IMG/VR virus record: IMGVR_UViG_3300043469_001223
Reading direction: 5' to 3' (one strand)
DNA from: an uncultured virus (IMG/VR IMGVR_UViG_3300043469_001223)
Taxonomy: Duplodnaviria; Heunggongvirae; Uroviricota; Caudoviricetes
Length of the DNA: 64,000 nt
The position numbers and the translations under genes were made by a program. Each line of letters starts with the position of its first letter. Within the stretch, counting starts at the first letter, position 1. Below the pieces are notes generated by a model. It was not told the origin of the DNA and ran no database searches. It worked only from the letters and a program-made list of their open reading frames with translations. Shown piece after piece: positions 46,707 to 55,381 of the stretch.

Positions 46707-48104
46707 ATGAACGCATTTGTAGAAGCGGTTAAGTCCGTTCCAGTTGAATCTCGTACCGCAAACGGTATGAAGACTTTTGAATCTAGCAAGAGTGATCTTG
46801 TAGATTTGTTCTTTGCCATTGGTGCAAGCCGTGGTAAGGATTTGAGCACTCAGTTTGCTCGCGCACTAGCACAAGACGAAACTCTTGCTCTACGTCTTTT
46901 GATGTGGGCTCGTGACGTCCGTGGTGGTGCAGGCGAACGTGAAGTTGTTCGTAAGATTCTTTTGAATCTTGAAAAGACCAACCCTAAGGCGCTTGCCCGT
47001 ATTTTGCCACACCTGGCTGAATTCGGTCGTTGGGACGACCTGTTGATCTTTACTTCTAAGGAAGTGAAGGCACAAGCATTTACCCTAATCGGTGATGCGC
47101 TACGTGCAAGCAACGGGCTGGCCGCAAAGTGGATGCCACGTCAAGGTGCGTTGGCTGCTGAAATCCGCACCTTCTTCGGAATGAGCCCAAAGTTCTACCG
47201 TAAGAGTTTGGTTAACTTGAGCAAGACAGTTGAACAGAACATGTGTGCAAACACTTGGGATGACATCAACTATAGCCACGTACCATCGTTGGCGGCTGCT
47301 CGATACCAAAAGGCTTTTAAGAAGCACGACCCTGTAGGCTATGATGCTTACAAGGCAAAGTTGGTTACTGGTGACGCAAAGGTTAACGCTTCGGCTGTTT
47401 ACCCATATGACGTTATCAAGAGCCACAAGTTTGGTGGTGACGCCACTGTTGTGCAAGCACAATGGGATGCATTGCCAAACTACATCGGTGATGAACTGGT
47501 GTTGCCAATGTGTGACGTGTCTGGCTCTATGAGCTCTCCAGTTGGCGGAAACGCTAACTTGACCTGTATGGATGTTTGCGTTAGTTTGGGCTTGTACCTT
47601 GCTGACAAGAACACTGGTCCATTCAAGGACATGTTTTTGACCTTCTCTACCAAGAGCAAGATCGAAATCTTGAAGGGTAACCTGTTGAGCAAGTTGGCTC
47701 AACTACAACGTGCAGAATGGGACATGAGTACTAATCTACACGCCGCATTTAACACTGTGCTTGACTTCGCAGTCAAGGGCAATGTTGATGCAAAGGATAT
47801 GCCAAAGTATATCCTTATCATGAGTGATATGGAATTCAATTACTGTGCTCGTCACGACGACTCGGCAATGGAAATGATCGCTCGTAAGTATGAAGCGGCA
47901 GGATACACTGTTCCCAACATTGTATTCTGGAACTTGAATGCTCGTGCTGGCAACGTTCCAGTTAAGCATGACAAGAAGGGTGTTGCCCTTGTTAGCGGAT
48001 TCAGCCCTGCTATCATGAAGAGCATCCTAAGCGCCGAATCGTTGGATCCAGTCAATGTAATGTTGGCTACAATCAACGCTCCACGTTACGCTGTAATAGC
48101 GTAA
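46707..48104 (+). CDS. DUF2828-type helical domain + vWA protein (Ro60/TROVE-like architecture)
   Basis: RDVRGGAGER, FGRWDDL, LAAKWMPR, MIDAS CDVSGSM, IMSDMEF, IVFWNL, LVSGFSP. Confidence 0.85.
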   Translation: MNAFVEAVKSVPVESRTANGMKTFESSKSDLVDLFFAIGASRGKDLSTQFARALAQDETLALRLLMWARDVRGGAGEREVVRKILLNLEKTNPKALARILPHLAEFGRWDDLLIFTSKEVKAQAFTLIGDALRASNGLAAKWMPRQGALAAEIRTFFGMSPKFYRKSLVNLSKTVEQNMCANTWDDINYSHVPSLAAARYQKAFKKHDPVGYDAYKAKLVTGDAKVNASAVYPYDVIKSHKFGGDATVVQAQWDALPNYIGDELVLPMCDVSGSMSSPVGGNANLTCMDVCVSLGLYLADKNTGPFKDMFLTFSTKSKIEILKGNLLSKLAQLQRAEWDMSTNLHAAFNTVLDFAVKGNVDAKDMPKYILIMSDMEFNYCARHDDSAMEMIARKYEAAGYTVPNIVFWNLNARAGNVPVKHDKKGVALVSGFSPAIMKSILSAESLDPVNVMLATINAPRYAVIA

Positions 48105-48111
48105 GTGTTTT

Positions 48112-48138
48112 AAAAGGACTCTTAGGAGTCCTTTTTTT
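48112..48138. terminator. Bidirectional intrinsic terminator
   Basis: AAAA-GGACTC-TTAG-GAGTCC-TTTTTTT between convergent genes. Confidence 0.85.
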
Positions 48139-48141
48139 TGG

Positions 48142-48564
48142 TTACTTAAACCAACCGATCTTTTCGCCAGCAGCCTTTCTACGGTCGCTTTCTTCTTTGC
48201 TACCTGGATAACGACTGGCCCACAATAGTACCAATGCAAAGAATACGCCCATACCTGCTACAGCTTTCCAGTTCTGTGTAGCAAACCACATAATAACTAA
48301 ACTAGCATCCATGCAGATAAACATGATCCATTTTACCTTAGTTGGGTAAACTTTCCCGTCACGCCAGTTAGTAATGAACGGACCAAACAATTTGTGATTG
48401 AGCATATAGTTATGAAATCTTTCGCTACTTCGAGCAAAACAATAGGCAGCAATTAAACTAGGTGTGCTCCACGGGATTCCCGGCACTATGACTCCAATGT
48501 ATGCGATTCCTAGAAATAGGATACCGGCTGTAAACCATAAATACTTTTTAATTTTTGTAAACAT
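48142..48564 (-). CDS. ybaN: YbaN/DUF454 family inner-membrane protein
   Basis: IGVIVPGIP..P...AAYCFARSS.RFH...LNHKLFGP...W. Confidence 0.85.
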   Translation of the reverse strand: MFTKIKKYLWFTAGILFLGIAYIGVIVPGIPWSTPSLIAAYCFARSSERFHNYMLNHKLFGPFITNWRDGKVYPTKVKWIMFICMDASLVIMWFATQNWKAVAGMGVFFALVLLWASRYPGSKEESDRRKAAGEKIGWFK

Positions 48565-49762
48565 CAAATGCCTCCTTTAGGCTTTTAGCCAGATAATATA
48601 TATCTGATTCTGTATGATTTGGCGTTGGCGTAAAACGTAAACGCTCTGTGCTCCACGGAACTGTGGGATAATTTATAGGCTGCACATAAATGGCCTTTTC
48701 GTTCAACAACCAGTCACTGATTGCCTTACATTTCTTAACATCACGTATCATAACAGGGACTATATGTCCACCTTCTGAGCTGAGATGTACTTCTAGTCCT
48801 GCATTTTTAAGATGTTCTCTTGTTGCCCCTGCAACTTCAAAAATTTTAGAACGCAAATCAGGATGGTCCTGAACCCATTTAACTGAAGCGAGTGCTCCTG
48901 CACATAATACAGGACTCATAGACGTTGAAAAAATAAATCCGTTAGCATAGCTACGAACCATATCTATAAGATCTCTGCTACCTGCAACGTATCCTCCTTG
49001 TACACCAAATGCCTTGGCTAAAGTGCCTTGAATAACGTCTACTCCATCGACGCACCGCTGTTCTTCAGCGATGCCAGCACCTCTGTGACCATAGAGTCCC
49101 ACAGCATGTACTTCGTCAACATATACCATTGCTCCATATAGTCGAGCAATATCGCATACATCGCTAACAAGTCCTCGATCTCCGTCCATACTATACACAC
49201 CTTCCATGGCAATGATAGGTTGAATATCATCGGACAATGTGGATAAAATTTCTTTTAGATGTGTAAGATCATTATGACGCCAAACAGTAATAGGTGCTTG
49301 ACTAGATTTCATTCCTACAATCATGCTGTTGTGATTTTCACTGTCGCTGATATAATGAACGTTTGGCAGCATCTTACCTAGTACTCCTAGGGTACTTTGA
49401 TTGGCAACATAGCCACTGGTAAATGTCAATGCTGTAGTCTTGTCATGCAACTTGGCTAGTTCGTGTTCTAGTGCAACATGATAGTGACTAGTTCCGCTGA
49501 TATTTCTTGTTCCACCGGACCCTGCTCCGGTAGTGTCTAATGCTGTATGCATGGCATCGATTACCACTTTATGCTGACCCATTCCTAGATAATCGTTACT
49601 GCACCAGTTGGTTATATGTTTGATGTTATAACGTCCGTAATACATGGCTTTAGGAAAACTTCCACGTTCACGTAGAATATCAGTAAATGTACGATAATTA
49701 CCCTCTGTTTTAAGTTTTTCTAAACTTTGGGCAATAACATCTTGAGTTTTTGGCTTAATCAT
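48548..49762 (-). CDS. hemA: 5-aminolevulinate synthase (Shemin/C4 pathway)
   Basis: WCSNDYLGM, GAGSGGTRNISG, FTSGYVAN, NHNSMI, VYSMDGD, DEVHAVGLYG, GTLAKAFG, INYPTV. Confidence 0.95.
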   Translation of the reverse strand: MIKPKTQDVIAQSLEKLKTEGNYRTFTDILRERGSFPKAMYYGRYNIKHITNWCSNDYLGMGQHKVVIDAMHTALDTTGAGSGGTRNISGTSHYHVALEHELAKLHDKTTALTFTSGYVANQSTLGVLGKMLPNVHYISDSENHNSMIVGMKSSQAPITVWRHNDLTHLKEILSTLSDDIQPIIAMEGVYSMDGDRGLVSDVCDIARLYGAMVYVDEVHAVGLYGHRGAGIAEEQRCVDGVDVIQGTLAKAFGVQGGYVAGSRDLIDMVRSYANGFIFSTSMSPVLCAGALASVKWVQDHPDLRSKIFEVAGATREHLKNAGLEVHLSSEGGHIVPVMIRDVKKCKAISDWLLNEKAIYVQPINYPTVPWSTERLRFTPTPNHTESDIYYLAKSLKEAFDVYKN

Positions 49763-49776
49763 AATGTATGTATTTA

Positions 49777-49805
49777 TTGACAAAAAATTTAATTGAGTGT
49801 ATAAT
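49777..49805 (+). promoter_or_regulatory. Consensus sigma70 promoter
   Basis: TTGACA-N17-TATAAT, 7 nt before ATG. Confidence 0.8.
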
Positions 49806-49812
49806 TACTATT

Positions 49813-50667
49813 ATGAAAATCAAAATTGTATCAGATCTACATTTGGAATTTAGTGATATCACAATTCCAAATGATGAAGGCGCAGATGTGCTAATTCTTT
49901 CGGGTGATATTATGATCTCTCAGGATTTGCACGACCATCACGCCGCAGATTTTAGCCCCTACAGTAATGGAGCATTAGCTGATCTCGGTCGCAAGTTGCA
50001 ACGAGTTGCTCGATTTCGTGATTTCCTGAAGCGGTGTGCCTTCCAGTTTCCGCATGTCTTCTACGTAGCTGGCAACCATGAGTTCTACAACGGTGGGTTC
50101 TACAAAGGTATTCAGTACCTGCGTGACGAATGCGCCAAACACTCTAACGTCTATTTCTTGGAAAAGGACACGAAGATCATCGATGATGTTGTGTTTGTAG
50201 GAGGTACTTTGTGGACTGATATGAACAAGGGTGACCCTATAACTCTTCACGCTGTTCGTGATATGATGAACGACTTCCGTATTATTAAAAACGATGAAAA
50301 AGGTTACACACCTTTGAAGCCTGCTGATACTGCTATTCGTCATCGTGAGACACTGCAATACATCAAACACATTGTCAGTGAGCACAAGGACAAAAAGTGT
50401 GTCGTTATTGGACATCATGCACCTAGCAAGATGAGCACACATGAGCAGTACAAATCTCAATATCTCATGAACGGTGCTTATAGTAGTGATCTAAGTGAAT
50501 TCATTATGGACCATCCGCAGATCAAATTGTGGACACACGGACATACGCATCACCCATTTGACTATGTCATTGGAGAGACTCGTATTGTTTGTAACCCTCG
50601 CGGATATGAAAGCGACGGATACTGTGAAGACAGCGGTTGGGACATTACAAAAATAGTGGAAGTATGA
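49813..50667 (+). CDS. Calcineurin-like metallophosphoesterase
   Basis: SDLHLE, LSGDI, AGNHEFY, HHAP, HGHTH, NPRGY. Confidence 0.9.
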   Translation: MKIKIVSDLHLEFSDITIPNDEGADVLILSGDIMISQDLHDHHAADFSPYSNGALADLGRKLQRVARFRDFLKRCAFQFPHVFYVAGNHEFYNGGFYKGIQYLRDECAKHSNVYFLEKDTKIIDDVVFVGGTLWTDMNKGDPITLHAVRDMMNDFRIIKNDEKGYTPLKPADTAIRHRETLQYIKHIVSEHKDKKCVVIGHHAPSKMSTHEQYKSQYLMNGAYSSDLSEFIMDHPQIKLWTHGHTHHPFDYVIGETRIVCNPRGYESDGYCEDSGWDITKIVEV

Positions 50668-50915
50668 GTAGTACTGTACGTATATCGTGGGTTCGTAAAT
50701 ATGATAACTCATTCTATTGGAATGAAGTATGTACATGGGCAATTGAATATTTTGGCCTGCCTGGGGGCAGATTCGAAACCCATGCCAATGTAAACTACAT
50801 GGACTTTATTTTTAAAAGTAATAAGGATGCATTATTGATGGCGTTACACTGGAATGCCGAGATAGTGCCAAATGAACAAAAAACTGTGGAAACTTTTTCA
50901 AATTTCTCGCAGTAA
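50664..50915 (+). CDS. Hypothetical protein
   Basis: WNEVC.W.IE.FGLPG.RF...MDF.F. Confidence 0.65.
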   Translation: MSSTVRISWVRKYDNSFYWNEVCTWAIEYFGLPGGRFETHANVNYMDFIFKSNKDALLMALHWNAEIVPNEQKTVETFSNFSQ

Positions 50916-50941
50916 TTTGATATTTCGTGTATAAATAATAT

Positions 50942-51018
50942 TGTAAGACGCCGTAAGGGTTTTACATTGAGGTATGGTACCTCAAAATGATTCTTGCTTA
51001 TTAAGGAGAAAAACTATG
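50942..51018 (+). promoter_or_regulatory. ROSE-like RNA thermometer in the hsp20 leader
   Basis: Three hairpins. The last, TTCTT-G-CTT-ATT-AAGGAGAA, pairs the UUGCU motif (bulged G) with the SD. Confidence 0.65.
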
Positions 51019-51447
51019 AATCAACTCGCACGTTTCGACACCACCGCTCTAAATCAACTAAACAGAGCACTTATTGGATTTGATAGCCTTTTCAACGATG
51101 TTGAAAGACGATTTTCAAACTCCGTTCCTAACTATCCTCCATACAACGTTCTAAAGCACGACGACAATTCTTTTGAAATTGAAGTTGCTGTTGCAGGATT
51201 TGATCGAGAGGATATCAGCATTGAGGTAGATCAAAGTCTACTTATTATTAAAGGCCAACGCCAGAAAGAAGACGACACATCTAAGTATGTATATCGTGGA
51301 CTAGCAGCTCGAGACTTCGAACGCACGTTTACTCTTGCAGAGCACATTATTGTGGGCAATGCAGAATTGACAAACGGTATTTTAAGTGTTAAACTAACAC
51401 GAGAAGTACCTGAAGCACTCAAGCCTCGCGTGATTGCAATCAAGTAA
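51016..51447 (+). CDS. Small heat-shock protein (Hsp20/IbpA family)
   Basis: NYPPYN, IEVAVAGF, YRGLA.R.F.R.F.LA, A.L.NG.L. Confidence 0.95.
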   Translation: MNQLARFDTTALNQLNRALIGFDSLFNDVERRFSNSVPNYPPYNVLKHDDNSFEIEVAVAGFDREDISIEVDQSLLIIKGQRQKEDDTSKYVYRGLAARDFERTFTLAEHIIVGNAELTNGILSVKLTREVPEALKPRVIAIK

Positions 51448-51489
51448 TATAACCCAGGGGGAGGCAACTCCCCGTCCAATAGGAATAAT

Positions 51490-51807
51490 ATGGCATCTGA
51501 TACAATTATCGAAAAAGACACAAAAACTATTTCTAAAAATAAGGAAAAAAGTCAAGAACCTACTAGGTACAAAGTCATTGTTTGCAACGACGATGTTACT
51601 CCTGTTGAATTTGTAATATCCATGCTAGTTGCTGTGTTTAGACATAGTGAAAAAAGTTCTCTTGAATTGACTTTAAAGATACATAACAACGGACACGCTG
51701 TTGTAGGAATCTATAGTTATGAAGTTGCAGACCAAAAAGGAATCGATGCTACCAATCTTGCTCGTACTAATGGATTCCCTTTGATAATTAAAGTAGAACC
51801 AGAATGA
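51490..51807 (+). CDS. clpS: ClpS adaptor
   Basis: P..YKV...NDD.TP.EFV...IH..G.AVVG.Y.YEVA..K...GFPL. Confidence 0.9.
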   Translation: MASDTIIEKDTKTISKNKEKSQEPTRYKVIVCNDDVTPVEFVISMLVAVFRHSEKSSLELTLKIHNNGHAVVGIYSYEVADQKGIDATNLARTNGFPLIIKVEPE

Positions 51808-51815
51808 GGATTTAA

Positions 51816-52352
51816 ATGAGCTTAAAAGATTTAACCAGTGCTAAACATGCAGAGGCTGAATCTACTCCGTTTATGAAGGCAGTGTTTGCACAAACCCTGC
51901 CTTTTGATTTGTGGGTAGATTGGACATATCAAAAGTGGCTATTCTATGGAGCCATTGAAGGTGCCGCAGGGGCCAATCGATTGTTAGGAGACTTGCCAGA
52001 CTTACGCCGTGCATTTTATCTAGCAATGGATTATCAAGAAATGAACGGGGACAATCCCCGCCATGAGTTCCGTCATATCGTTGTTGACTATTACAATTAC
52101 ATTCTAAGCATTAGTAAAGATCCTAACAAGATTATGGCACACTTGTATACATGGCACATGGGTGACATGTTCGGTGGCCAAATGATTAAGAAGATTGTTC
52201 CGGGCGCACATCGTAACTTAGAGTTCGAAGATCCCCGAACACTGATGACCAATATTCGTGCCAAGCTGGACGACAGCATGGGCGATGAAGCCAATGTGGC
52301 CTTTGATTGGGCAATACGAATGATGAGGGACTATGACAGTAGTTTGGGATAA
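51816..52352 (+). CDS. hemO: Heme oxygenase
   Basis: LKDLTSAKHAEAE, AHLY..HMGDMFGGQ, EAN.AF. Confidence 0.88.
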   Translation: MSLKDLTSAKHAEAESTPFMKAVFAQTLPFDLWVDWTYQKWLFYGAIEGAAGANRLLGDLPDLRRAFYLAMDYQEMNGDNPRHEFRHIVVDYYNYILSISKDPNKIMAHLYTWHMGDMFGGQMIKKIVPGAHRNLEFEDPRTLMTNIRAKLDDSMGDEANVAFDWAIRMMRDYDSSLG

Positions 52353-53004
52353 GGTTAGTAAACTAGCCGCTGATATTACAGAAAGATTTAATGTTGTCGG
52401 GGAACAGATTAATTCCCCGTCTGCACATCAATATGGTTGGCATAATACTCTATGGTCCAGTAACCAATTCCGCAGAGCACATGTTGAAATTGTAGATTTC
52501 CGTGAGACCTACAATATCTACATATTACATGTCACAGTATTTCCGCACTTCAACGATCCTAGCCCTATCTATGGGTTTGATGCTGTATGCGGCCCAAACA
52601 AAATAACAGGTGCGTTTCACGACTTCAGTCACGCTGGTGATCCTAATAGTTTTATGTATTTGTGGTTTAAAGCTCAGGTGCATGGACTAGAATGGAACAA
52701 GCCTAGACAATTACCCGAGTGGGCACAACAGATCTTCAGTCCTGCTATGGTAGCTGCTGGTAATCTACAAGACGAAGCTGAAATAGACCAACTATGCAAT
52801 ACAGCATTAACCACATTAGATTTCTATCTAAAGAATGTAGGAATAGAACAACAAAGTGGTGCTGATTATCACATGGCACAAAATCGTTATTGCCATTATC
52901 AGAAACAGAATCCCCATGTGATCAAAAGTATGATTAGTATGGGCATATCTGAACCTACTATGAAGAAATTCGTACAGGAAATCTTATTCCCGGAATTTCA
53001 CTAA
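52333..53004 (+). CDS. Ferredoxin-dependent bilin reductase (PcyA/PcyX-like)
   Basis: FRRAHVE, LHVTVFP, PIYGFD, GAFHDFS, R.LPEWA..IFS, QNRYC..QKQNPH; adjacent to hemO. Confidence 0.88.
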   Translation: MTVVWDKVSKLAADITERFNVVGEQINSPSAHQYGWHNTLWSSNQFRRAHVEIVDFRETYNIYILHVTVFPHFNDPSPIYGFDAVCGPNKITGAFHDFSHAGDPNSFMYLWFKAQVHGLEWNKPRQLPEWAQQIFSPAMVAAGNLQDEAEIDQLCNTALTTLDFYLKNVGIEQQSGADYHMAQNRYCHYQKQNPHVIKSMISMGISEPTMKKFVQEILFPEFH

Positions 53005-53014
53005 ATACTCTATT

Positions 53015-54397
53015 ATGCGATCACGTGAATTTTTAACCCTATTAGAATCCGAGCAAACTCTTAATCCTAACAAACTGACAAAAGATATGGTACGGTTTGA
53101 TAGGCTCATTGCTAATATTACTGCCGGCAACCCTTTATACTTAAAAGACGGTACTCCTGTTGTTATTAAAAACACAGAAGCAAAGCGATTACAAGATCTT
53201 TTTGATCAAGGAAAATTTGCTGGTACTATAACTCTACTAGGTGCAGATCAAAAACCCTATCCACTGGGATCATTCTTAAAAACAAAAGAATACGGTGGTC
53301 AAAGTGTTCCTCCTAATCAACAAGACACAGATGCAGTTCCTGTTGCTGGCCTTAGACCAGGACAGGTCTTCCAACACGGTGACCCAAATAAAGATCAAAA
53401 TCTAACACCCGAACTTGCCTTGGAGTTGGGGGCATTTCTTGCGGGACAATTGGGGCAAAAGATACAATCAAATAAACATCTTGATAGTCAGGGTGCAGCT
53501 GGTGCGGCTGTTAAAGAAATTTCCCGTGCAATTGATGCAGAACAAATTCCGACGGTTCCAGATCTCAGCAAATCAGAAATTGGCAACATACAAAACTATG
53601 GATTTGAATATCTAGGAGTACAAGCCCTAATCAAAGGTGTTGCAAATTTTCCAAATTCTGAAGCATTTTACGAACACGTGGGCGGCAATCTAGAGGAATT
53701 AGTATTATATTTTCCGGCTAGTTCTAGTAATCCTGTAGCAGATAGTTACGCTCTTGTTAACAGAAAAACTGAAAATACTATTTTTATCAGCAGTAAGGGC
53801 GCTGGAGGTGGCATGCCAAGCAGTGTAACCGCATTAAAGATTCCCAATAACATGAGAAAAATGATTGGCAAAGATCCTGCAATTACATTTATTGACATGT
53901 TGCAACAAAATGCCAAACCTGCATGGATACAACCGTTCTATGCCGCAAATTGGTTAGAAGAAAACTATCCAGGTTCAATGGGAGAATTAAGTAAATTTTT
54001 ACCCTTTACTGACGAATTGTTTATATATTTGTCCACTATTCTAAAATCTCGTAACGAAGGTGTGCCAGAAACACTAGATCAAATTCCAGCAGAATTTCAA
54101 GAACTATATAAGTTAGTGGAAACTTCTATAACTGCTAAACACCCTTTATGGTACTACTTGAGATACTATGTCAAGGATGTAATTCATAGTGCTGTTAAGA
54201 AAGGCGTCATTCCTAATTTTTCTAAACGTATGATTGAATTGTTAGGACAGAATTTTGTTCTATTAAAAACCACTATTAAAGGCAAGCAATTTATAACAGA
54301 TGTAAAATGGCCTTCAAAAGTAGGTGGTACTATTACATTTGAGCACAAAGATCCTGCTCCAAAATGGGATAGTGCAATGACCTGGAAACTTAATTAA
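53015..54397 (+). CDS. Late, probably head-packaged protein; possible PD-(D/E)xK nuclease fold
   Basis: MRSREF..LLE start; FE..G...FP...NP.ADS...ISSKG. Confidence 0.5.
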   Translation: MRSREFLTLLESEQTLNPNKLTKDMVRFDRLIANITAGNPLYLKDGTPVVIKNTEAKRLQDLFDQGKFAGTITLLGADQKPYPLGSFLKTKEYGGQSVPPNQQDTDAVPVAGLRPGQVFQHGDPNKDQNLTPELALELGAFLAGQLGQKIQSNKHLDSQGAAGAAVKEISRAIDAEQIPTVPDLSKSEIGNIQNYGFEYLGVQALIKGVANFPNSEAFYEHVGGNLEELVLYFPASSSNPVADSYALVNRKTENTIFISSKGAGGGMPSSVTALKIPNNMRKMIGKDPAITFIDMLQQNAKPAWIQPFYAANWLEENYPGSMGELSKFLPFTDELFIYLSTILKSRNEGVPETLDQIPAEFQELYKLVETSITAKHPLWYYLRYYVKDVIHSAVKKGVIPNFSKRMIELLGQNFVLLKTTIKGKQFITDVKWPSKVGGTITFEHKDPAPKWDSAMTWKLN

Positions 54398-54434
54398 TTA
54401 TTCCTGTCGTTAAGTATATACTAAATACTTAACG

Positions 54435-54803
54435 ATGGAACTGCTCTCAATACTCCTTCTTTTGCAGATCAAGCATTGTTATGCTGATTTTGTCCTGCAG
54501 ACTTATCAACAGACCGTTAAAAAAGGTGTGTGGATGGACCCCACGGGAATTAGTCATACAACAGATCATATGTATTGTACTTTAATAGCAATGCTTATTT
54601 TCAGTTTCTTTGTTCCTGTTGGTGCGTTTGCTATAATATTTGTTACTCTAATTGAAGGTATTGTTCACTATCTTGTGGATTACAGCAAGGTAAAGTATGG
54701 TAGCAAAGACAACACTAAACCTATCTTCTGGACACAGTTCGGTCTAGACCAGCTAGCACATCAAGTCACATACATATGGATGATATGGTTTTTGTTAGTT
54801 TGA
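54435..54803 (+). CDS. DUF3307-like membrane protein
   Basis: KH..ADF.LQ, H...H, HY.VD..K, FW..FGLDQ.AH. Confidence 0.8.
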   Translation: MELLSILLLLQIKHCYADFVLQTYQQTVKKGVWMDPTGISHTTDHMYCTLIAMLIFSFFVPVGAFAIIFVTLIEGIVHYLVDYSKVKYGSKDNTKPIFWTQFGLDQLAHQVTYIWMIWFLLV

Positions 54804-54882
54804 ATTGTTAAACCCAACAAAACTGCGTATATAATCGCTCTCCAAATGCCCTTAAATATATGTAAGGACATCGGAGCGAGCA

Positions 54883-55371
54883 ATGAAGAAAATTAAAATA
54901 GCGTTAGGAGTATGTCTTACACTAGGACTTGCTACTGCAAATGCAGAATTGGTACACCAATTCAACAATCCTACCTTTAGCGGTCAAGGGTGGGCCAGCC
55001 AAGTGCTGACTATGGAGCAAATGCGACAGAGCGCACAGGCCAGTAAAGCGTCAAGAGAGGCTGGAGAAAGAGCCGCAGCAGAAGCGGCCGCAGCAAATAC
55101 ACCGTTGGCTAGATTTATGAATCTGTTTACAGGACAAGTATACAGTCAATTGGCTACACAGTTAACTAACAATCTGTTTAAAGAATGTACTGGATCAAAT
55201 TGTTCTAAAGGTGAGTTTATGGTAACTGAAACACAAAAAATTGTCTGGACTAAATTAGAGAATAATGTTACGCTGAATGTTTTTGATGGAAAAATCGTTG
55301 ACAAGAAATTTGTTCCAAATGCAAGTCCGACACAGACTATCACTGTGCCAGTATCTAGTTTTAATTTTTAA
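54883..55371 (+). CDS. CsgF-like curli assembly component
   Basis: Signal peptide + AELVHQFNNPTFSG (CsgF N-terminal F.NP.FGG-like); upstream of csgG. Confidence 0.7.
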   Translation: MKKIKIALGVCLTLGLATANAELVHQFNNPTFSGQGWASQVLTMEQMRQSAQASKASREAGERAAAEAAAANTPLARFMNLFTGQVYSQLATQLTNNLFKECTGSNCSKGEFMVTETQKIVWTKLENNVTLNVFDGKIVDKKFVPNASPTQTITVPVSSFNF

Positions 55372-55381
55372 GGAGCGATGG

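Noticed and set aside
43539..47702. Long antisense ORFs (43539-44108, 47100-47702) and similar ones elsewhere
   Set aside because: Shadows of codon-biased sense genes, with no RBS or recognisable motifs.
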